Notes under the pieces: model-generated
What the model was told of the DNA's origin: nothing
Database searches by the model: none
What the model saw: the letters and a program-made list of their open reading frames with translations, nothing else
Program-made: the position numbers and the translations under genes
In this document: in pieces, positions 53,395-64,000 of the stretch
Layout of the letters: every line of letters begins with the position of its first letter
Position numbering within the stretch: the first letter of the stretch is position 1
NCBI GenBank assembly: GCA_951406725.2
Contig: OX597819.1
Coordinates: 107,570,001 to 107,634,000, forward strand
DNA length: 64,000 nt
From: Octopus vulgaris
Lineage: Eukaryota
Direction of reading: 5' to 3'

Positions 53395-53900
53395 ATATGT
53401 GGATATAGTTCTTTTTTTTTTTATTCTCATAGGTGCACTGTGCTATATAACAACTAATCTGCATAGAAACCTGAAAGTGCTTGAGTTCTCCAAATAAGAG
53501 CAGGGGAACTTGGTAAGCATTCTCATAATTCAATCAATCAGATGGGATGTAAAACTACGTAAAACATTTCAGTGATTTTTTCTATTTGAGGTACTTGGGC
53601 GAACATATGCTAACAGCCACATATGGAATAGATATACACTCATACACATAAACATTAGTGAAACATACACACCTATGTTCTGATGTGACTGCTCCTCTAC
53701 GTGAGCAGGTTTATTCAGACGAACAGCGCCTAGGCATATATGCATACATCAACTACTTCAAGTAACCACAAACTCCAGCAGCTATCTTGAATTATCCCCT
53801 TGTTAGTAACCGGCTTGAATTCTGCAAAGGAAAAGTCTTAAAATAAATCCCAAAGATAAATACACAGAGGCACACATACATACATACATACATACATACA

Positions 53901-53934
<34 letters not shown>

Positions 53935-55859
53935 CATACATACATACATACATATTTGTATGGTTTGTTAGCGTTCCCGTTTACTAGCAGCTGAAGAAAA
54001 GATTTCGAGTGAATAGTTACCAGTCTTTAAAAAATGAGTTTTAAAATAAATTTTATCGATCGAAAGTTACAAAGCGCTGTCCCAGCATGGCCGCAGTTTA
54101 GTAATTGAATCGCATAAAAGGAAGAGAAATAAAAAATAATCTTGAACTATATTGTCTAATATATCTTTCATTTTCAAAGATATTAACGTGTGAATTTAGT
54201 GAAAATTTATCTGTCATTTCTATCTGATCAGGATTCCATTTAATATTGTTTGGAAGGCGATTGTAATTAAGAATATATTAATGTAACGATAGTCATGACT
54301 GAATGTATTTCAATATTAAATATTGGAATTTTTATAAAGATCTTAATTTGTTTCATTGTTCTGTCGAAATTACAAACACTTCTGCCTACGCCAGTTTCAA
54401 ATAGATTTATAATAAACATTATAACAAACATGGGGAAAACAAACAAGCCAAATATACTAATAGATTATCAATGAATAGAATGAAGCGATCCAAATCCTCA
54501 ATATTAATACTTTTGTTTATTAGATGAAACCTTAATTATATTTTGTTGTATGATAAACATATCAATACTGTTTACAGGTTGTTGCTGCTATTGTTGTTTA
54601 GTAGCACTATGAAACAGAAACAGTCGGCCTAATGATAAACTGCGCTCTCTTATCAATTGATTCATAATTCTCACTAACAATTTAGTGGTAGAGAGCGGGG
54701 GAACTGAAAGATAGATAGAGTGAGAGGGAGAAAGAGATGTATTACCATTACATTCATATAAATGCAAGTAACTAGCTTTAAAATGTTATGTATATACGTA
54801 TGTTTATGCATGTATGCATGCATGCATTATGTACGCATGCATGTATGTATGGATGGATGCATGCATGGATGAATGGATGGATGGGTGGATAAATAGATGA
54901 ATGTATGTATGTATGTATGTATGTATGTATGTATGTATGTATATATGCATGTATGTATGTGTGTGTGTATGTCACTTCTGTTTTTAATCATTTACATTCC
55001 ACCTCTGAAGAAGCTAGTTTATAACACACAAAGCTCCATTGTTGAAATGTTGATAATGAAAACAATGTCACATTTTAAACCTGAGAAAAGTGTTGCAGTG
55101 CTTTACTGTTGCGCTTACAGATTGTATTTGCAATGTGTGAGTCAGTTGGTTGATTTTTTTTTTTTTTCTGAAAATCCAAGCGATGTATGTATGTATGTAT
55201 GTATGTATGTATGTATGTATGTATGTATGTATGTATGTATGTATGTATGTATGTTCATTTATGTATGTACGTGTGTGTGTATATATATATGTATGTGATT
55301 ATTCAGTTTATATTTAAATGATAAACTTCTGGAAAGTTTTACAGATTTTTACAATTCCGGTGATGGATTGGATCTGTAGCCTTCGGATTAGCTTTCTCCT
55401 TTCTGGTTTTGAGAAGCCTAATTTCTCAAGATTGGTATTTAGGTAGTGTATTACATATCCCAGGGCCCCAATCTGGATAGAGAAATTGTAGATTTCTCAA
55501 TAGTTCAGAATAGGTGTTCTCTTTTCCACTGATCTTCAGCTTTATGTTAACACCCGCTGGGCAGCTAATTTCTACAACTGCGCACAGTTTCTCTTCTCTA
55601 TTCCAAATCATTATATCACGTCTGTTGTGCTTTATGTATGTATGTATGTATGTATGTATGTATGTATGTATGTATGTATGTATGTATGTATGTATGTATG
55701 TATGTATGTATGTATGTATCTATGTATGTATGAATGAATGTATCTATGTATGAATGAATGAATGTATGTATGTATGATGTGAACTGATTTTCTTTTAGAT
55801 ACATTAACAGCGTTTTGTTTTAATACTATAATATTCTACAGAATTTGTATATAAATTTA

Positions 55860-56355
55860 AGTTAACACTATTAATCATAGATAGAATTACCTTAAAACTA
55901 CATGAAATAGGTTTGTGGATAGAAAAGTCAGGATCAGCTGGACAAGTTCCAATCCTGTGCAGGGATTTCATCAAAGAACGATTGTTCTTTTTTCACTGAA
56001 GGCGGAAACACTGTTCATAGAACTATTATTATCAAGAGCTTTGATAAATTGGACAGGATGATTTATATATCAATCTATCCGATGTACATGAAATAGGTGT
56101 GTGGACAGAAAAGACAGGATCAGCTGAACAAGTTCCAAACCTGTTCTGGGATTTCATCAAGGGCAATCATTCGTTTTCACTGAACTCAGAAACACTGTTT
56201 ATAAAACTATTATTATCAAGAGCTTAAATAAATTGGACAGCATAATTTATAAATCCTTCTGTCTTATCAACATGAAATAGGCCTGTGTACGGAAAAGACA
56301 GGATCAGCTGGACAAGATCCAATCTTGTGTTAGGATCTCATCAAAGAACTATCGT
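55860..56355. repeat. Diverged tandem repeat, ~186-bp unit, about 2.6 copies
   Basis: acatgaaatagg...caggatcagctg...tcatcaa recurs at ~55900, ~56086 and ~56270. Confidence 0.85.
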
Positions 56356-56362
56356 TAAATAT

Positions 56363-56468
<106 letters not shown>

Positions 56469-56750
56469 GTATATATATGTATATGTATATATATATACGT
56501 ATATATGTATGCATGTATGTATATATGTATATATGTGTGTATGTATGTACACATGCTCGCGCACACACACTCAAGTTGAAGCAAATAATGATATCCAGCT
56601 CACGTCCCTTTTGGTCAATAAGGATATAAGACAGAGTACTTGTTCGTGTGTCAGGTTTCATATCATCGTTTAAAAAGCCCATGAAGTTGGTCCCAGAGAA
56701 TGGTCAGAGTTCATCAAGTGGGAAGCTAATAAAATAAAGAATATAGACCG

Positions 56751-56804
<54 letters not shown>

Positions 56805-57867
56805 ACAGGTTCAAATATTTGAAGAAAATATCTCCAGAATCTTAATGTTCGCGTAGATCGCTTTGAATTTAACATATTTTAAAAATCTGAAAAGATTTAT
56901 CTCATATATACACCAGTATATTTATAAACATGAGAACGTAGCTTCAATTTTCACACACATATGAATATTCAAGTAGACACTGAGGTCGCTTTTAAAATTA
57001 TCAAAACAACGACAAATAAATTTTTTTTAAATGTAAACACAAAGAAAACGTTTCAAGCAACACTTTTATTTCCTATTATGTTATTCAACATAGGAGTGAA
57101 ATAAATGAAGCCATTGGGTGGGAAATACATACATTTATTTTTAGAATGGAAACTTTAGATTATGTCTTTCACAAGTCACATCGTATTTAACCAACTCTGA
57201 TAACCGCAAAGCACCAAGAACTTTGCCACTTTTCTTGTGACCTCATTGAATTTTTCAAAGACTAAAATAGTTAAATAAATCTCAAAGTAAGACGTATAAA
57301 TCAGAAAATTTAATGACTAGAAAACTTAGAAACGTAGAAGGATACAAGTGCCAAGGCTTGGATTTTACACAGAAAAAAACGGTAACAATTAAAAATAAAT
57401 TTGTAGTTTCCAAGCAATAAATATAATGTCAATAAACAAATGGGAAGTGAGGTACGTAGGAAATTATGAAAGAAGAGAAAGAGAGACTTAATATAATACT
57501 TAGTTGTAAATAAAAGGATGAGGAAGTTATAATTTCTCTATATATGCGTTTGTGGTCTTTATATTTTCTCTGTATCACAATTAAACATTGTTGGATTACT
57601 TTTGATCAGAGGTGTACTAGAAAAGTGATAAGAGTTGCGAAGGCAAATTCAACATAAAGTTACTTGGCGAGTTAAAAAATAAAAATAAGATTGCCCGTTC
57701 ACTAATCTTGTTTCCTTCATTTGCTTCTCCCATAAGTATTCTAGTTAAGCTTTTTGATATTCACTACATGAAATATATAAGCACAAATTTACATCAGTGT
57801 ATTTCGATGCATAATTATTTCTAGTTAGTTTATCAATATTCACTCAAATAAATATATTGAAACTAGC

Positions 57868-57926
<59 letters not shown>

Positions 57927-57971
57927 CAGAGTGTGTGCATGTGATACACCCATGTATGTGCGTGTGTGTGT

Positions 57972-58002
<31 letters not shown>

Positions 58003-58191
58003 CATCCACGTATATATATATCTATATTCGAAATGAGGAGTAGAGAGAGACAGCCGACAACTGTGGAAGGGTCGTTCTTTGTATTATTTGTCCTGTTTTC
58101 CATTTGTATCTCTCGTTGTTTGTGTATTGAACTCATTTGTTTTCGTATTTCATGTTGTTTACTGTTGGTGACGTCTTGTACCCATATATGC

Positions 58192-58257
<66 letters not shown>

Positions 58258-60455
58258 TTAGTAGAAATACATAAATTAGGGGCAGAAATACTTTCTAAGA
58301 TATAGAGATGTAGAGCAGTCAATATTATAGAGGGGGACGATTTATGGGGTTACCCTGGATTTCTCGCTCATAAGGGGTTTGGAGACAATCGTTTACCTTC
58401 GTGGTTCTTTTGTGACCTCAAAGTGGTGGCGCAACCGAAGCTCGATGACCAATGGCAAAGGGAGATAATCATCTAGCGTTTACTTTTAAGGAGAAGCATT
58501 TCCACCTCCATATTTTGAAGAGGTCTTAGGCCAGCAGTGTTTGCGGTCTAAAGATACGTCGTAAGGTTAAACCCTCTATGAGCAAGAAGCCCATATATAT
58601 ATATATATATATATATCAGTTGAAGTCACTTGTCCAAGGGATACCGCGGAATGGGACTGACCCGCAACGAAGAGGCTGCAAAGTGAGTTTCTTGCTCACA
58701 CAGCTATTTATATATAAACGTGTATTTGTATATTCGTTATTGTCTCCATCAAGTCTGACAAGTTAATTGCTTCTATTTAGTGTTTCACTAATGACTACAT
58801 TAAATATCATAGTCTTAACGTGACTATTGTTTAACTTCGACTAACTTATATTGAATAAAGAGAAAGAAATCAATGGCTTAATGAAGTATACATTCAAATT
58901 AGACACAACATTCTCTTTAATACAAACAAATTTCAATTCCATATATGACATAATATAAATCGGTGTGTATTTGTGTCCGTAGCTCATTAATGTAACAAAA
59001 GCACCAGATAAATCATGATTACTGACCGCAAAAATCAGTTTGGTCTAAATCCTTAAATCCTTAAAAAGGTTTTAGCCCGAATGCCGCGGCCATGCTGGGG
59101 CACCACCGCTGCAAACATGTTTTATAAATTAGTGTTAATTATGTTTTATAAATTAGTGTTAATTATGTTTTATAAATTAGTGCGGTCATTTCTTTTACAA
59201 GCCCACCGAAGCCGAGTCTGCTGTAAACTCGTTTTGCGACTCATTACATGAAGGTCTCCCCGTCTTTTTTTCTCCTGATGTATCCCTTCTTAATGTACAG
59301 TTGTTTTTGGCCGTCCCCATGTGATAAATACTGAGAAAATGGTTACATACCATACAACAGACAATACATTTGTGTTGTTTGTTATTAATATTATTCAATT
59401 TAAATATTTAAATTAGACGATACAATCGACTGTTTTCTTCCCAAAATTTCTGAATTTGTGTTTCTGTCAATAATGAATTACATTTAAATTATTGTTACAT
59501 TTTCACAGAGTTTGAAAATCTTTCTTCACAACCAATAAGCAGTTAGGAACTACAAAATGTTCTCCACGCATTTTCAAGACACAATTTACATATAATTGGC
59601 AGTATTTACTTTAAAATTCCTGCGATTTTACAAACATCGTGTACCGCCATTTACCAATTTCGCTTTCGTAACCCTTAGGATATGCGTAACTTTGAGAATC
59701 CTGCAAAAAGTAATGAGATGCTGCCGGACAATTACTTTTATCCAATAGCTAATGGATGTTAAACATATTCTATCGCTCGGTGTCACACTGCCGTCCGCCT
59801 TTGCCTTTGGGATATTTTTATTTATTTATTTATTTTGTAGGGCTTTATATGTTAAATGTATTCGGACCACGATTTCGATTTCAGAATTGCTCGATAGTTT
59901 TGTGAGCTTTTCCCTACTTCAATAATCCATGAGTTTCAGTTTCCTCGAGTATAAACCATTGTTTACACATCCAGTAGACAGTGCTTTGTTTACAGAAACA
60001 TATGTCTCAAATTTATTTTGTTAAAACAGTGTTCGAAAGATACCAATTAATTATTTTGTGAATTGAATATCTGTCATACTGCTGGTTAAAGCAATTTCAA
60101 TACTACCAACGTGAGACATTTACCCTTTACCAATAAACTAATGCACACTTAGCCAAGAAAACATTAAACTCATAAACTCTTAGGCAAGCAATCAATAAAC
60201 TGAAACAATAAACCTGACAATTCATAACGATAGAAATATCCCAAGAAATTTAGCAAATAATTTATAAACAAAGAAAAAAGAAAGCAGCAATATAAACACA
60301 ATGTAATAAGATAACAGACAAAAAATATTGCTGCCATAGAGAAGTCACACAAAGAGACATTTAGACAAAAAGTATAACAATAAAAATGATTTTGAATACA
60401 CATACAGACATAATATACATATATAAATGCAGATAAAAGACACACACAGAGAAGT

Positions 60456-60496
<41 letters not shown>

Positions 60497-60536
60497 ACAG
60501 ACATAGCAAGCAAGCAGAGTGGCGGACAGACGAACC

Positions 60537-60611
<75 letters not shown>

Positions 60612-61030
60612 GGATGGATGGATGGATGGATGGATGGATGTCAAGCAAGTTTTAAAATAATAGCAGATCATATTTCGAACTCGACTCAATAGTGAGAGTA
60701 GATACAAATAAATGTGTTGAGCGGGACTTTGAAATTCAGCTGATGGCTCACTTAACCGAATCCAGGTAAAACAAAATGCCACAGGTAAAACAAAGTCATG
60801 GTAATAAAATTATAGAAGAAAAGTCACAGGGGTTTTGTCCAGGGTGGGGTGTCCTAGGGGGTTTTGTCCTGAAGGGTTTGTCTGGATCCAATAAATTAAT
60901 TGTGACTTTTTCCTTGCCAAAATTGACTTTATTACCGGTAACCCATATAACCAGTATTAAGTAAGCCATTAGTCCAAACATAAAGACCTAGCCAACAAGG
61001 ACTTCATAAAAGATAAATCAAGAGAGAAGC

Positions 61031-61259
61031 CGGCGAGCTGGCAGAAACGTTAGCACGCCGAGCGAAAAGTTTATCGGTATTTCGTCTGCCGTAACGTTCT
61101 GAGTTCGAATTCCGCCGAGGCCGACTGTGTCGTTCATCCTTTCGGGGTCGATTAAATGAATACCAGTTACGCACTTGGGTCAATATAATCGACTTAATAT
61201 GTTTGTCTGTCCTTGTTTGTCCCCTCTATGTGCAGCCCCTTGTGGGCAGTAAAGAAATA
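61031..61259 (+). mobile_element. Family C SINE
   Basis: ggcgagctggcagaaacgttagc...gagttcgaattccgccgagg...cccttgtgggcagtaaagaaata. Confidence 0.85.
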
Positions 61260-61342
61260 GATAAATCAAGAGAGATCAATAAAAGTTAGACGTAGATAAA
61301 GATGTGTACGTATTTATACACACTTATGTATGTATATGAATG

Positions 61343-61395
<53 letters not shown>

Positions 61396-62082
61396 GTATG
61401 TATCCATATGCATATATATATATGTACATACATTTATTTATATATATATATATATATATAAACATGCATATTCATACATACACTCGTGTGTATGCATGCA
61501 CATATATGCATATATACACGCTTACATAAATGTGTGTCCTTGGGTGCATGAGTGTATTATATATGTATGTGTGCCTGTATAAGAATGCATAAATATATCC
61601 ATATAACTCCTTACCTATCTTCCTACAAACATACATACATACATACATACATACATACATACATACATACATACATACATACATACATACATACATACAT
61701 ACATACATACATACATACATACATACATACATACATACATACATACATACATACACACAATGAAATGTGACTGTAAATCGACCAGAATTCTTATAGAATG
61801 CTTATTCCCTTCAATACAACTCTATAACATTTCGCTTGAAAAGTTAACTTTCATCTGAGAAATGAAATTGTTTACATCTAAGTTTATGGCCGTCTTGTAT
61901 CTAATGCACTGCACTCAATGTTAATAGAAGATTCCATAATTTGTGTAAATTACATGTATCTGATTCAAGTGTATTAAATTAGATCACAGGATTATGTAAA
62001 TGGAATTCAATTTGATTTCATTTGAATTGATTACTGAACATTATATATTGACTTTTATTCTTAAAATTCTGGAAATTCTTAA

Positions 62083-62370
62083 GGCGTGGCCGTGCCGTTA
62101 AGAAATCTCGCTTTACAACCACCCAGTTTTAGGTTCAATCCCAGTGCGCGGCACCTTGGGCAGGTGACTTCTACTATTGTTCGGGAATAACATATGCTTT
62201 GTGATAAATTTGCTAGCAAGAAACTGTACGGAAGCCACTCGCATATATATCATATGTGTGTGTGTGTGATTTTGTGCTTCTGACCATATTTGTCACCCAA
62301 ACGCCGCTTGACATGTTCTGGATTGTTTACCAGCCCATAACTTAGCGTTTTAGTAATAGAGATCAACAGA

Positions 62371-62411
<41 letters not shown>

Positions 62412-62520
62412 CACACACACATATATATGTCTATGTGTCTGTGTGTGTGTATGCGTGCTTCACAATAAAAGTGTTAAGGTCAATTTGTTCGACTAAGAAC
62501 GTTTAAGATGACGCTGTAGT
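62083..62520 (+). mobile_element. Old, diverged family A-like SINE
   Basis: ggcgtggccgtgccgttaagaa...ggttcaatccc...ccttgggcag...cttctactat. Confidence 0.55.
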
Positions 62521-62879
62521 AAAAGTTTAGAGGTATTTAGTAGAAATTTGAATGTCGGAAAGTAAACCACGAACAGAAATAATGTCATTTTCATAATACT
62601 TGGAAACCAAGGTGCCAAGAGGACAATTCACATGCATAGATATGTAATCAGTAATACATGCAGTGGTAAGGAAATACCATTTTTAATTCAGCCCAGTTTA
62701 TTTGATATTATATCTGTAGCCATCATACTTTTGAGAATTTTGACCATTATCCCGTCAGTGTATTAGGATAATCAATGTCCAGGAATATATATTTTGAGGG
62801 CAGCTTCCCATATTTCAGTATCCTGCATTAGAATTGTCATAAAGGAAACAGTATTCTTCAAAATGAAATTCATCCACTG

Positions 62880-63220
62880 CCTATATTTCTCCTTGATTTA
62901 TTAATTGAAATGGAAAAGCTTATTTGGACTAGAATGAAATGGCACAATGGTAGTGATGAATGAAATAGCAGATATAACTACATACTCTTTCTTGGTGTAA
63001 CCAGTGAGGAAAGACTGACAGGCCTTTAGTGAGAAAAGCGTGTCAATAAACAAGTGGCATGAGCACTTCTTAATAATTTGTTTTGTACCATTGCATAGCC
63101 ATAATTGATATTAATTATACAACTGCACTATTGGGAGTCATTCTAAGCTGAAGTTTGTGTGGTAATAGATTTCAAGATTCCAATAAATATCAAAATCTTG
63201 AGGGATGGTTATCTGTTTCA
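62880..63220 (-). pseudogene. Decayed Helitron PIF1-like helicase C-terminal fragment
   Basis: Frameshifted traces PHKLQL, LCNGTK (GLCNGTR motif), FLTG..K.E.V and AFSISINKS (AFAMTINKSQG motif) in the correct order. Confidence 0.6.
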
Positions 63221-64000
63221 TCCTGGCCCACATGTCGATGTTGTCCTAACCACTACGTCTGTGAGAGATTTGTGTGATCATTACTGCTGGATTGACTCAA
63301 TGACCAGACAGTTAAGCTTTATTCATGATAATCACGTTAATTTTATGTGTGTGTATGCATGAGTGTGTATAAATTTTATACTCACACACACACACATATG
63401 TAAATGTTAATAAGAATTATCTCCCCTACAAAGTAGCTCTCACTGTTGGATTATACAATTGATGGTAGCCATGTTTAATTCATGGAGAGAAAATTACCAT
63501 ACAGATAAGTTAACATTTCTTCTTATTAACATTTCTTTTTCCTACTTTTATTCCACATTTCTGTCCATTATTTACTAAAGTAAAATTATTCCAACAACTT
63601 CTAGTTATATAATTTTAGTTTGTCATGTTGTGATATACGATGTAAATAACAAAATAGGTTCATATAAGATAGACCTGAAGATTGTTAATATAATCGTTTT
63701 AATATGATATTGTATAGAGACATTCTATTTCAGCAATATCGGGGAATATGTTGTCATGAAACGCGCGTAGTCAAGATAACGTAAAGTATATGATTTGTAA
63801 TAAGAATTGAAGGTATTAATTTTGATAATTTGGAATAAGAATCGTAGGTATTAATTTTGATAATTTTAATATTTAGTCCTATATGTACGTATTGTGGATA
63901 ATGTCATTCAGTGATGATTGAGTTGCTTGAGGATGATTCTATCTCTTTAACCTATCTATTTATATGTATATAATACAGCGAGTAATTCATTTTAGTACCA

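Noticed and set aside
55515-55545. CTGANGA...GAAA on the minus strand of the (TATG)n-associated repeat (also ~5130-5160)
   Set aside because: No convincing helices I, II or III can be formed.
55860-56355. CRISPR-like array
   Set aside because: Eukaryotic context; whole units repeat without unique spacers, and there are no cas genes.
59195-59398. Cys-containing ORF resembling a piggyBac C-terminal domain
   Set aside because: Too few conserved residues, and no TTAA/TIR or catalytic core seen.

Overview
This is AT-rich, microsatellite-saturated animal DNA with no recognisable host protein-coding exon. The tRNA-derived SINE families resemble octopus SINEs, but the organism is an inference. The window is dominated by Penelope-like retroelements (PLEs): one apparently intact RT + C-terminal GIY-YIG element with identical 458-bp pseudo-LTRs (12085-16814), a second, rearranged one at the window start (1-4376), and decayed EN fragments of other PLEs. 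Reading by eye gives about 14 type I hammerhead-ribozyme (HHR) motifs, canonical, variant-core (CCGANGA, UUGANAA) or decayed, almost all in short modules embedded in (TA)n. They include a non-coding head-to-tail ~560-bp tandem with one HHR per unit (38535-39590), which looks like a retrozyme that could yield a circular RNA. Both PLEs carry a CCATTTTTT(T)A tract between a low-complexity ORF1-like region and the RT ORF; in element 1 it has the geometry of a -1 ribosomal frameshift site. Also present are mariner, maT/DD37D-like, Tigger, Helitron, RTE and R4/Dong-like remnants and a duplicated tRNA-Glu(TTC)-like gene. Nearly all short ORFs in the supplied track are microsatellite read-through artefacts. 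All folds and alignments were done by eye; no searches were run.
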